A stretch of 62,912 bases of DNA, filler included, from Octopus bimaculoides (Eukaryota): assembly GCF_001194135.2 (NCBI RefSeq). It is 5 parts of 5 records of this genome, joined end to end, with 100 filler letters (N's around TTAATTAATTAA, not from the genome) between each part and the next. Parts side by side here need not be neighbours in the genome. Positions count along the whole stretch, not along the records: positions 31,714 to 52,688 come from NC_068983.1; 4 more parts are not named here. One strand, 5' to 3'. Made by a program: the position numbers and the translations under genes. Under the pieces are notes generated by a model that searched no databases, was not told the origin of the DNA, and was given only the letters and a program-made list of their open reading frames with translations. Every line of letters starts with the position of its first letter. Within the stretch, counting starts at the first letter, position 1. This document shows, piece by piece, positions 38,511 through 50,734 of the stretch.

Positions 38511-38987
38511 ACTGACGGTAAAAAACAAAATCCGTCACGACACCAATTTAAAAACAAATCAACACCAACATCAATATCTTCATCACAGGACAACCCATTT
38601 AACAAACATATTCACAACCACAAAAAAAAACACGAATACAAAATGAAACACCCAAAAAACAAAATGACCAGTATTCACACTCTCGAGTAAGTGCTTCCAT
38701 TATCAACTTCCCTGTTGTTCAGAAGAGCAACATTGAATTGATTGAACATTGCAAGTGAAGAAGGTTTGCGAACTCCTCCGGACAGGATGTTAATCTAAAC
38801 AGGTACGGGTACGTATCTTGATGTCAAAGAGAAATTTCCCCGGGACATTGGAAGGATTAGTAAGGACCCCAAAAAAATCTTCCAAGAAAGCCCTTCCCCA
38901 CTATCCCCTCGATCAAAAAGAAGATTGTGTCAACAGTGATCCCTGGAGACTAAGGTACGTTATTTCATTTTTATTCCTTTAAGTTAA

Positions 38988-41900
38988 ATGGCTACACTTA
39001 GAGTTGGCTGTGTAAATGTTCGGGGCCTGGGTTCGGCTTGGAAGTAGGTTCTCCTGCTCAACGATCTCAGGTCCCTAAATTTAGATGTGACAGCATTTAG
39101 TGAGACGAGAATTGCCGGGAAACATGTTCTTGCAACCATTTTCAAAGACTACGAGGTATTATCTTGTGGTCTGTTGAGAGCGGGCGGCGGTGTAGCAGTG
39201 TTATTCCGAAAACACTTCGGTCTCAAAGTAAGGACAATCTTCTTAGACACGGACGGTAGGTTTGAGGTCCTAGATGTGAATGGCAGTGAAGGTAGATTGG
39301 TGGCCGTATATACTCCGATAGGGGCTGGGAGACCAGATTTCTTCAGGCGTCCAGAAATTCATGGGAACGTGTCGCACTTTAGTATTAGTGGGGGACTGGT
39401 ATAGTATTTTGGATGTGCGGAAGGACTGTGTAGGTTTAGTACATAGAAGAAGGAGGTGTAAAAGCCTCGAAAACCTGCTCAGAAACGTTCAGCTTTCTGA
39501 CAGGTATCGATTGGATTTCCCTGATGTGTCAACGTAGATATGGAACAAACACAATAGGCCATCCAGATCGTATCTAGATAGAGTATTTGTTAGGTCAGCG
39601 GATAAAGACAGTATAGGGTGTCCACAATTCAAATTGGTCGGCTACACAGCCCACAAGTTTGTGATCTGCACAGTCGATTTAGATAGGACGTGTAGACAGG
39701 GACCCAGTTACTAGAACTTGAATGCGTTCTTTCCGGCGCGCGAAGACTACAGGAACCGGATTAGCGAACTAGTTAAGCGGCAGTTGACGAAGGCAATCGT
39801 AAATAACCGGTGGTAGACAACCCTGAAGAGGGCGATTAGAGCAGAATCAATATAGCAAAGAGTTAGCAATGGAAGGAAACATAGTAGAGGGAGAACTAAC
39901 TAGCAAACTAGGAGAGGCGATTAGTAAAGGTATCGCGACTGACGTGTTAGCGGCGAGAATGGCTCTTGACTATTTCTTTGCGCGAAACACGAAGCTAAGG
40001 CCCGTGTGCTAAAACACAAGGGAACTAAAGCTGTCCGATAGGCTTGAACGGTAGTGACGCGACGTGGCAACAAAACCACGATCGGGTCTTTCACGGATCG
40101 GGACGGCCGCGTGCTATATAGTTCTGAGCAGATGTGTGCAGCTTTTCAGCAGCACTTGGCACAACTGTTTAGAGGGGGCGATGGCTCAATGACAGTAGCA
40201 GACTTTAGTTCCTACGTAGATGGCCTATGCGGCTCTCGGCAACGGATGCGAGGTTCTGCGAAAAATCGATAACGGTCACTGAAATTTACGCAAGTCGTAA
40301 ATTGCCAGGTTTAGATGGTCTGCCCTATGAACTCTATGTATTCATGCTAGATTTGTTTGGCGACCTCTCGGCAGATGTTTACCGCAACTGGCAGCAAAAC
40401 GGGAGAATTCCCAGTGCGGTTAGTCGGGGTGTGGTGACACTGCCGAAAAAGGACGTCGACAGTAGGGACATATTAGGGAATTTTAAGCCCATAGCTCTGC
40501 CAAACACAGAGTTTAAGATTTTGGCCAACGTGTAAGCGAAAAGATAGACGATTGTCATTGGTAGTCTAGTAGGGGGAGCACAAGCGTGTGGAATCCCGAA
40601 CAGATCTATCCACAACAACCTCCACCTTATGCCATACATCATAGAGAGCTGGGACTAAAACTGGCTTCGGTGAGGCCCTGATCAATTTAGATCAATCAAA
40701 AACATTCGATAGGGTCGACCATCGCTACCTCGAAGCCGGCCTTAAAACGGCCGGTTTCGGACCAATTTTCACTGGCTGGATTGCTGCAATGCACAGCGAT
40801 ACCTGTTCGGTGGTCAAAGCAAATGGCCATCTATCGGAACCATTTAGCATCGCACGCTCGGTCTGCCAGGGCTCCCACTGTCACCGCTTCTGTACGTGCT
40901 GGTTCTCGAGCCGTCAGCACTACCCTAAGGGGATACGAAACGATGACAGGATCAATGATCAACCAGGAGAAGTCAGTGGACCTGCAGCTCGGCACCTGGA
41001 GAGGCAGGCCCATGCCAACCGACAGCGTTGTGGGGCGCTGGACGGAAGGACCTGTTAAGTTGCTCGGAGTCTAGTTCGGTCCGGATCTCCAAGTGGACAA
41101 AAACTGGGGTGAGGTAACAGACAGGTTGGATAGACACACTCAGAAATGGACCGAGAAGAAGCTGTCCCTGAAAGGTCGGACGGAAGTGGCGAACGCGTAC
41201 ATCGCATCCGTCATATATCACCGCCTGACTGCTGTCTCTTGCTCCGCTTCGTGGCTAAANNNNNNNNNNNNNNNNNNNNNNNNNNNNNNNNNNNNNNNNN
41301 NNNNNNNNNNNNNNNNNNNNNNNNNNNNNNNNNNNNNNNNNNNNNNNNNNNNNNNNNNNNNNNNNNNNNNNNNNNNNNNNNNNNNNNNNNNNNNNNNNNN
41401 NNNNNNNNNNNNNNNNNNNNNNNNNNNNNNNNNNNNNNNNNNNNNNNNNNNNNNNNNNNNNNNNNNNNNNNNNNNNNNNNNNNNNNNNNNNNNNNNNNNN
41501 NNNNNNNNNNNNNNNNNNNNNNNNNNNNNNNNNNNNNNNNNNNNNNNNNNNNNNNNNNNNNNNNNNNNNNNNNNNNNNNNNNNNNNNNNNNNNNNNNNNN
41601 NNNNNNNNNNNNNNNNNNNNNNNNNNNNNNNNNNNNNNNNNNNNNNNNNNNNNNNNNNNNNNNNNNNNNNNNNNNNNNNNNNNNNNNNNNNNNNNNNNNN
41701 NNNNNNNNNNNNNNNNNNNNNNNNNNNNNNNNNNNNNNNNNNNNNNNNNNNNNNNNNNNNNNNNNNNNNNNNNNNNNNNNNNNNNNNNNNNNNNNNNNNN
41801 NNNNNNNNNNNNNNNNNNNNNNNNNNNNNNNNGACGGATCCAGCTATCGTCAGAGTCCATTGTGAAGATCATCCCGCCTCCTTCCTTTGGCCGGGAAGGG

Positions 41901-42116
41901 GGAACATTTTTTCTCTCTCTGGTGGCTATAGCAAAAGAAGTTGTATTGTGGACCTTCCTCTTTGGCCAAGGCCTCATTGACTTTTTCAGGTTCCAACTGT
42001 AAAGGAAATTGAGGCTGGACAGAGACGTACTATCACCCAGTGAGTTCGTTGAAGCATGGATGAATGTGGCAAGAATGGCCTGCGTGAATGGGCTTCCTCT
42101 AAGTGTGCGCCTGTAG
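38988..42116 (+). pseudogene. LINE ORF2 (APE endonuclease plus reverse transcriptase) pseudogene
   Basis: MATLRVGCVNVRGL, FSETR, SYLDRVF, KLPGLDGLPYELY, NFKPIALPNTEFKILA, LDQSKTFDRVDH, RSVCQGS/PLSPLLYVLVLEP, INQEKS; many stops; the YADD block is deleted. Confidence 0.9.
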
Positions 42117-42402
42117 GCCGGATGGAAGGGAGAAGAGAGGGTGCCTTCCTGAGGAGCCGATGGTGTTAAGAGGTCCAAAGTGCGTGAGGTCGTTTTTGTC
42201 ACCTTACAGTGGAAATCGCCACCCCTGTTCGGGAAGCATATTGTTGATTTAATCTTTTTGTTAGTCGTTGTGTTTGTTGGCTGTTTACACGTTTAGCCTC
42301 ACTATCCCTCATCTGTGTATCGTCCACTATGTTTTGCGTTCGTCCTTGGTGGTCAATAATGAAAGTATCATTATCATTACCATTATTATTATTACTATTA
42401 TT

Positions 42403-42950
42403 GAGAGAGCAGCGCATGCCATCAAAGTGAACAAAGTGAGCGCATGCCCTCAAATATACAAAGCCTAATATACCCATCATGACTACCCAACATGAGTACA
42501 GTAGGCACATGCATCACAACCATATGTATGCGACATGGCGATCTCATGTAAAGATAAACAGCGCATGATCTTGCAGGTGAGGCCCTGTTAGAATGTTCTT
42601 CAGGTCGAATAGCCCATCCCGCTCAAAATCCCACTGAATAAGAGTTGTTTAAGGATGTTGAACGAAATACCCGTGTTTCCAGTGGTGAATTATTCAAACC
42701 CCAAAGAATTCCTTTCAGCACATAGCTATGATGCTCCTCCACTACTTCTGCACGTGATCAGATGTGCACACATCGTCAGTCACGAAAGGACATGTTCAAT
42801 TGGTTACGGTCAAGCAACTGACAAGTGGTACTGAGCAGAATATTTATCGTAGCCCATCTTTTATATCAAAGCAAAACATGTACACATAACACCTCCAATC
42901 AATAAAGATCAGAAGCCATGAGAACCGGCGCCTGGTACTGCATCAGGGCA
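42403..42950 (-). mobile_element. Family A element, complete copy (about 545 bp)
   Basis: Runs from AGCAGCGCATGCCATCAAAGTG to GGTACTGCATCAGGGCA, between ATT/CAT arrays; same terminus as the copy ending at 16419. Confidence 0.8.
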
Positions 42951-42993
42951 TCATCATCATCACCACCACCACCACCGCTACCATCACCACCAC

Positions 42994-43032
<39 letters not shown>

Positions 43033-43044
43033 TATTATTATTAA

Positions 43045-43249
43045 AGCAACGAGCTGGCAGAATCGTTAGCACGCTTGACGAAATGCTTAGCAGTATTCTG
43101 CTATCGCTACGCTCTGAGTTAAAATTCCGCTTAGATCGACTTTGCCATTCATCCTTTCGATAAATTAAGTACCAGTGGAAAGCTGGAGTCGGTGTAATCG
43201 ACTGGTCCTCTCCCCAAAACTTTTAGGCCTTGTGCCCATAGTTGAAAGG

Positions 43250-43255
<6 letters not shown>
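43045..43255 (+). mobile_element. CORE-type SINE
   Basis: CGAGCTGGCAGAATCGTTAGCACG head; CGATAAATTAAGTACCAGTG core; GTTGAAAGGATT tail. Confidence 0.85.
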
Positions 43256-43340
<85 letters not shown>

Positions 43341-43344
43341 TATA

Positions 43345-43495
43345 AATGCAGTGAGCTGACAAAACCGTTCGCACGCCGAGCAAAATACTTAGCGACATTG
43401 TGTCTGTCTTTACGATCTCAATGCGAATGTCGCTGATGTCAACTTTACCTTTCATCCTTTCGGGATTGATAAAACATGTACCAGATGTAATCGTG
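43345..43495 (+). mobile_element. CORE-type SINE (diverged)
   Basis: GTGAGCTGACAAAACCGTT head; TTTCATCCTTTCGGGATTGATAAAACATGTACCAG core. Confidence 0.75.
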
Positions 43496-43940
43496 ACGGT
43501 ATCAAAAATTCGCAGGACGAGCCTAAAACACACTACACCGTTCCTCGTTAAATAACGTGCTCCATATATTATTTATATTCGGACGCCGCTTCCTATGAAA
43601 CCTTGACAACATACTCAGTGATCTCAGCTTCTCCTCTGTACCTCAAATGCATCGCAGAAGTTTACTTCCTGTTGCTCGTCCAATACCACCTGCAATTCAG
43701 TTTCAATTTCATCCACTGCCCGACACGCTCACAGCCCTGCCAATGGACATGTAATCTATTTATGTACACCGACAAAATGAAAGTCAAATTTGATCTCCGA
43801 AGGATATGAACTTAGAGCAATGAAGGCCAAAATGAAAGCCACAAGACATTCTAGCTTACGTTGTAAAACTCTGGCTATTCACTGTTAGGTTAAACATACA
43901 TTCATATACATGCGTGTGTATATGCATAAACATATGTGTG

Positions 43941-43971
<31 letters not shown>

Positions 43972-44013
43972 TTCTATATACTTTATTTAAAAGCAGCAGA
44001 AATATAACAAAAG

Positions 44014-44051
44014 CTGTTACACAGAGTTTCACGTTCCTGTTCGTCGGACAG
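44014..44051 (-). ncRNA. Minimal type-I hammerhead-like motif
   Basis: Minus strand reads CUGU-CCGACGA-AC AGGAAC GU-GAAA-CUCUGU-GUA-ACAG: 4-bp stem I, U4C change, 2-bp stem II, GUA site; in a (TA)n-flanked island. Confidence 0.5.
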
Positions 44052-44058
44052 TTTTGTT

Positions 44059-44096
<38 letters not shown>

Positions 44097-44097
44097 T

Positions 44098-44180
44098 ACC
44101 TGTTTCAGTCATTTGACAGCGACCATGCCGAGCCACCGCCTTGAAGGGCTTTAGTCGAACAAATCGACACCAGGACATAT
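44098..44180 (-). mobile_element. SINE 3' tail
   Basis: Reverse complement of GTCGATTTGTTCGACTAAAG..AAGGCGGTGGCTCGGCATGGTCGCTGTCAAATGACTGAAACA. Confidence 0.75.
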
Positions 44181-44206
44181 TTTTTTCTCTCCTTGTTTCT
44201 TTGTGT

Positions 44207-44246
44207 TCTTTTCTGTTGAAGAGCGTAGGCTCGAAACGTTAAAGAC
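44207..44246 (+). ncRNA. Minimal type-I hammerhead-like motif
   Basis: UCUUUU-CUGUUGAA-GAGC GUAG GCUC-GAAA-C-GUU-AAAGAC: perfect 4-bp stem II, palindromic ACGU stem III, A6U change. Confidence 0.5.
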
Positions 44247-44379
44247 TTTCTCTACTCCCAAGCGTTATACTAATATATNNNNNNNNNNNNNNNNNNNNNN
44301 NNNNNNNNNNNNNNNNNNNNNNNNNNNNNNNNNNNNNNNNNNNNNNNNNNNNNNNNNNNNTATATATATATATATATAA

Positions 44380-44528
44380 ATACGACGGACTTCTTTCAGT
44401 TTCGGTCTACCAAATTCACTCACAAGGACTTGGTCGGCCTGAGAAGACACTTCTCCATGTTGTCACAAAGTGGGACTGAATTCTGGACCATGTGATTGGA
44501 AAGAAAGCTTCTTACCACACAGCCACGC
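44380..44528 (-). mobile_element. tRNA-derived SINE head half
   Basis: Reverse complement of GCGTGGCTGTGTGGTAAGAAGCTTTC..CACATGGTCCAGAATTCAGTCCCAC..GAAACTGAAAGAAGTCCGTCGT. Confidence 0.85.
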
Positions 44529-44650
44529 ATATATGTATATGTATGTAGACACACACACGCACACCCTGCAGAAAACTTGAACCCTCCACGATATGTAGCG
44601 TTACATAATTTGGTTACGAGTTACCTAAAAGAGTGACAGACAGACAAACT

Positions 44651-44688
<38 letters not shown>

Positions 44689-44693
44689 TAGAC

Positions 44694-44745
<52 letters not shown>

Positions 44746-45355
44746 CCAAGTCGACAGGAATATGCATATGGTTAGACAGGCATAGAAATAGACAAGTAAC
44801 CAAACAGTCAGACAGTCAGATCAAGACAGAAAGATAGATAAATAGCAAAAGTCTTATATTTTGTCTGTCATAGCTAACGAATGATTCTTCTATTATTATT
44901 TCAAGGAAAATTAGATGAAACCAACATTAGGTGATAAGAGAGCAAACGTGTATGTGTGAGTGGGTGACTGTGTGATTGTGTCTGTGTGTGTATGTGTAAG
45001 TCCGTATAAGTGAGTGTACCTGTGTCTGTGTGTGTGTGTGTGTGTGTGTGCAAGTGTCTGTCTGTGTGTTCGTGTGCGTGTGTGTGTGTGTGTGCAAGTG
45101 TTTGTGTGTCTGCTTCTCTTGGTGTACACAGATATATGTATGCACGCCTTTATATGCGTATGTGTGCATGTATAAATGCACAGCTTCCCCGCCCCACACA
45201 CACATACATACAAACTCAGTCATACATTCTATGAAAATAAAGGAAATATATCTGTATATGTAGATATACATATGTGCATGTGTCTATTATATATAGATAT
45301 GTGTATGTACACATATATACATATCTATCTATCTATCTATATACATACATACATA

Positions 45356-45475
<120 letters not shown>

Positions 45476-45835
45476 CACACACATATAAATATATATGTAT
45501 ATATATACATGTATATATATACTTACACTCATACATAAATACAAACATTGATATATACATACGTCTATATGTGTGTGCATACATATACGCACACCATCAC
45601 ACACATTCTCACACGCGCGCGCGCACGCACATGATCGTGACTGCCTGAGCGGATGTATAAGGCCGTCTCTGCGTGTAAGCTATTTAGATAATCATTCGAT
45701 ATTTGATAGACCTTAATGAATGTTGACCACGCAACATCAAGACTTGTAGCTTTTTATTTATGACACCACTGCTGATATTATTCATACATAAACACATACA
45801 TAACATATGCATCTATGTATGTGAATATATCACGC

Positions 45836-45886
<51 letters not shown>

Positions 45887-46784
45887 CTTTCTATCATATT
45901 ATATTATATTATAGATGTATGTGTATATATATATATATATATATATTGATATACGTGTGTTGTGACTGCGTGTGCCTCTCTATATGTGTGTATGTATGCA
46001 TGTGTGCACGTGCGCGCGCGTATACATGCATACATATCTGTGTGAGGATGTTTGTGTATATATATGCATTTGTGAAATACCTCCGCACTCGTATACATGC
46101 TTTTCTATATATATGTATAATATACAAAGAGATAAAGGGAAGAGAGTGAGAAATATATATTTGAATGTTTGCGTGTACGTGAGTCAGCGCGCGAACACAT
46201 CCNNNNNNNNNNGAAATACATACATTACTGGATATATAAATGTATATGCGTAAAAATGTGTTTCTGTGTGTATATTTATATATATATATTTTTTTGTATA
46301 TGTGTGTATGTGTATGCATGTATATACATGTATATATATGTTTATATATATATACATATATGTGTGCGTGTGTGTGTGTGCACGCACACACACATGCATG
46401 CAAACATGCATACATACACATATGTATAAATGTTATAATTGTGCAGCCGGCCTTATGTACATTGTTGGGTCTTAAACATCCTTCATGGCCACACATGCAC
46501 ACACATACTTAAACAGACTCTTCCTCTCTCTCTCTTTCTCTCTCTCTCTCTTTCTTTCTCTCGCTCTCTTTCTCTCTGTATCTATCTATTTCTCACTCTT
46601 TCTCTCTCTCTCTCTCTTTCTTTCTCTGTCTCTCTTAAACAAACACACGCACACACACATTTATGCAGAATCGGGTGTGTATATGAAACAAAAGCGGAAT
46701 AAACATCTCTTTCATGATACTTCGACCCACGAGTTACACTTTACTGCCTACCATGAACTCCTGCAAACATTATTAACCAAACTT

Positions 46785-46980
46785 AAGGCGGTGAGCTGGT
46801 AGAATCTTAAAGCATTGGAATAATGCATTACAGTACTTATTCTGGTTCACTGCGTTCTGAGTTCAAATCCCACCAAGGTCAACTCTGCCATTGACCCCCT
46901 TCCTTCTGGGGTCGATGTAACTGATATGCCCCCAACGCCTCGGAATTGCTGGCCTTGTGCCAAAATTAGAAAGAAGTACT
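46785..46980 (+). mobile_element. CORE-type SINE
   Basis: GGCGGTGAGCTGGTAGAATC head; TTCTGAGTTCAAATCCC; GGGGTCGATGTAA; GGCCTTGTGCCAAAATTAGAA. Confidence 0.8.
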
Positions 46981-47104
46981 AACCAAACATGGAATTATAA
47001 GCGCAGGCGAGTCCGTAGGTGAGATTGTGGAGTCAAGAAACTTGATTCCCAAATCATGTGGTCTTATCTTCTATTGTAACTGCAGATGGACAAAAGCCTT
47101 GTGA

Positions 47105-47889
47105 GTCGATCCTTGTTGCAAATATGAATAATGAATAACTCCCCTCGAAGACCACCATACAGTGACTGCTAACTTTTTAGGATGCAATGGTGGGTTTGGG
47201 TAGTGTTTAGGTGACTCTCCTGCATCTAATCACTGTCCTGTTCTCCTGCTATTGTCAAAGAGTATCCATTTCTCATCACAAGTAATGATTTGATGCAAAA
47301 ATGGTCTTTTTCCAGCCGAGAAAGCAATAAGGCGCACATTTCGAGGTGTCTGTTTTCATTTTTTTTAAATCTCGTTCAGTTGATGTGGAACAAACCTAGC
47401 CGTTTTCTTGACTTTTCCAATTCTTTAGAGGTGTCCAAAAGCAGTTGTGCGAGATGTTTGGAGCCCTGATGAAATCTTTCGAACCTTTGCTCTCGGATTT
47501 TGTTCAACCAAAGCATTTAATCCATCATGCCGAGTAACTGATTTTGGCCTACCTCTTGGTTTATTTTCAACCCCTTGGTTTATTTTCTCCTCAACGAGAG
47601 CTTTGGAACCATCTGTAGTTCTGATGTCAACAAAACCATTACCAAAGGCCTGCTTGATATTCCATAGAGTTTTTGCGGCAGAGTGACCCAGTTTTTACTC
47701 ATACGAGAAAATCACTCAACATCGTTTGGTTGTTATCATTTTCATAAGGTATGTGGGTACGAATTTTGTATACCAATATTGTTTGGAAAGAAAAAGAGTC
47801 AAGATTAAATGCAACGGTACACATAGTTGAGTTTTGAAATGAATGAAATAAGTAGTTAAAAATGCGACATCTCATGTGAAACAACCTTA
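47105..47889 (-). mobile_element. Mariner (cecropia-like) 5' half, 3'-truncated
   Basis: Left TIR TAAGGTTGTTTCACATGAGATGTCGCATTTT after TA. Decayed frame KLGHSAAKTLWNIKQAFG, RGRP, FVPHQL, IITCDEKWILFDN (47283-266), LHPKKLAVTVWWSSRGVIHY. Confidence 0.85.
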
Positions 47890-47999
47890 TATATATATAT
47901 AAGTAAATCTGGCCTCCGTCTTCATGATGGACAGATAGGTATCTAACAAATACCTATCTCTTAAATATGACGTTTCAGTAAACGTTGCTGAGAGAATAA

Positions 48000-48120
48000 G
48001 AACGAGACTTAAAAAAAAATATTAGTACTGGCTTCGATTGGCTCAACTAAACCCTTCAAGGTGGTGCTTCTGCATGGCCACAGTTCAATGACTGAAACAA
48101 GTAAAAGATGAAAGATAAAT
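48000..48120 (+). mobile_element. SINE 3' tail
   Basis: AAGGTGGTGCTTCTGCATGGCCACAGTTCAATGACTGAAACAAGTAAAAGA. Confidence 0.75.
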
Positions 48121-48384
48121 CTATGAATATAGCTGAGTGAAGCGAAAATGCGGCAAGAGAAAAAGACCGAGCGAGGCGTAAGACAAAAGACAGAGGTACT
48201 GTCAAACCAATTGTTTACTATACAAGCAAGCTACAGTCCTAAACACTCTGTCGCAAACCACCACGTTTGGGTCAGAAGAACAATGACTCTTATGCATAGG
48301 CCGATTCCACGTTGTATGTTCCTCTGTAGCTATCATCAGTGCCTATATCCAACCAACAAACTTCTTCGTTGCCGCTTACAGCTA

Positions 48385-48745
48385 GAAATATAGTTATATC
48401 TTTCTTAAATCACACATTACTAACTTTAAAAAATGGGAAGGACACACTGAAAAATGTAGTCCTAGATGCCTTTAAAATGACAGAATGGTCATAGTTGGAA
48501 CGCTTTTGGTTATAAAGTTCGCTCGATCAGGGATGACGTGCTGCTTAACAACAACAGCGACAGTTATCGAGGTTATTTGGCAAGCTAAAATTAGCAGCCA
48601 AATTTTCCTCAAATCACATTCTATTTCCTTACAAAAGGAAAAGACACATTAGATAATGCAGTTCAGCATTGTCGTAAAATGACAGGATGGTCGCAGTTGC
48701 AACGCCTTTGATCATAAATCTACTAACTCAAAAGCAAGCACTCAA
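48385..48745. mobile_element. Two tandem copies of an old interspersed repeat (also at about 49440-49560 and, inverted, 49605-49800)
   Basis: Recurrent AAATCACA..AAGGACACA(C/T)T.GA.AATG.AG..AAAATGACAG.ATGGTC.CAGTTG.AACGC.TT. Confidence 0.55.
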
Positions 48746-48825
48746 TACGATAAACATCTGCTATATCAGCATAACATTCTGTGACATTGTGTGTGTGTAT
48801 GTGTGTGTGTGTGTATGTGTGTTTG

Positions 48826-48883
<58 letters not shown>

Positions 48884-50734
48884 TGTGTGTGTGTGCATTT
48901 CGGCCTTTATCAGTTTACAGCCCCGATTCCTCCATCTCCATACTCACACATATAAAGATAACAATAAGAACGGTCTTTAAACAACACAATTTGTTACATA
49001 GCAATAGCATTATATCAATTGAACATGAACATCCTTAAAATAAACATTAACAAAAATCATCGGTTAAATGGATATTTTCTGTCTCATTTGTTATGCTGGT
49101 ATTTCTGGTAACTAAGAGGCCCGATCCTTGCATGAAACATGCAAAAAAATAAGTCGTTCTTGATAGACAACAAAGACGAAAATCCGCCTCCTCTAGCCAC
49201 GCCCCCTCCCTAAGAGAATAGTTCCAGCAAAGCAATGTAACTAATGATAAAGAATTTTTCAAACTAATGACAATTTCTCTACTAAAATTCCCAAATTCTG
49301 AAATCCCCGAAACCACTTTGTGGGAAAATCCCCATCCCCGAGGGGGTGGGTAAAGAACTGCGATTCTAAAGAGACCTTACGTGGACATTATAGACCGGCG
49401 GGAAATGGCTGCGAAATCCCTTTCAAATCACTCCTTACTATTTTAAAAAAGAAATGCACACTTGAAAGTTGTCTGGCTAAAAGTAAGGCAGGATTGTCAC
49501 AGCTGGAATGCCCTTAAACGTATATTTACATGATCAAGGCTAAATAACAATAACAAAGACAAATATCTCCCCCGCAAAATTTTGATGAACATTGAAAATG
49601 CTTCTGCAGTTGTTGTTTAGCATTTGGGCAGCACTGTTTGTACAATTACATGATCAAGAGTGTTCTAGTCGTTTGGACAGTTTTGTATATTTAGTTCTAG
49701 ATAGATTATCCAATGTGACCTTTGTTTTTTGGAGACAGTCGAGAGTTGAAAGGATTTGATTACTATTTCTAGCAAGTCAAGAGACCGTGGCCAATATCCT
49801 TTGTTGACTCGTCTATGGGGATGTTACAGATGATTGCGCATCTGATATTATAACAATTGTTATACGCTATTAAATATTATATGTTTGTCAACAATAAATT
49901 AGATTATTGGTTACAGCTGCATAATGTTTAATAGTGTTTATACGTAGCAGTTGCTGTCGTTGTCTTCGTCTTCGTCAGCGCTTCAGCCGTCGTCGTTGCT
50001 GCTTCTGCTACCGTTGATTAAGTATAATTTACATAATTATGAAAAAAACTAAAAGACTAAGGGAAATAAGTTAAGTGAGCCAATAACATAAATTTAGAAC
50101 ATTCATCTAAGTGGTAATGTACTGAATGATGAACTCAAAAAGTTCTACAGTGGCTGTGTGGTAAGTAGCTTGCTTACCAACCACATGGTTCAGTCCCACT
50201 ACGTGGCCAATTGGTAAGATAAGCCGTGATGGATATTTAATACTGTACATTTCGGATAGTATATATATATGTGTGCGTGTGTGTGTGTGTGTATATAATT
50301 TGACAGAATAACTGTCTTTTTTAATTCTTTCAAATTGTCTTCCTGCCTACATTCAATGTGCTATAAATAAGAATGTTTCTTCGTGGTTTGGGGATTTGGT
50401 ATCTCTTTCCAGCATGTAAGGAGACCACTTAGTGATTCTCCTCTTTGTGTATAATTTAAAACACGCGTATATATTATAAAAGATATTTATGGTCTACAGA
50501 CATTTTTTACACATGCTGGCCACCTGTATAAATTATCATTTTTTGATAATTTTTACCCTGTATATATATATATATCCAAGAAAGTTAGGGGTTGTGAATC
50601 CAACCCACTAAGGAATAATATCTATCCATATACTGCTGGAAGAATACCCAATTATTATTACACTAGTGTTTTTTCATTGCATTACCAAGTGCAATAAATG
50701 GGTGCCTGTAAAAAGACATTTTACCATTAATTTA

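Larger units (their letters stand above)
37004..42370 (+). mobile_element. Near full-length decayed L1/Tx1-clade LINE (5' boundary uncertain)
   Basis: ORF1 remnant with gag knuckle, ORF2 with APE endonuclease and RT, 3' UTR ending GGTGGTCAATAATGAAAG; ATT-type arrays on both sides; gap at 41260-41832. Confidence 0.85.

Noticed and set aside
48781-48895. Cys/Val-rich ORFs from (TG)n
   Set aside because: Dinucleotide microsatellite translation.
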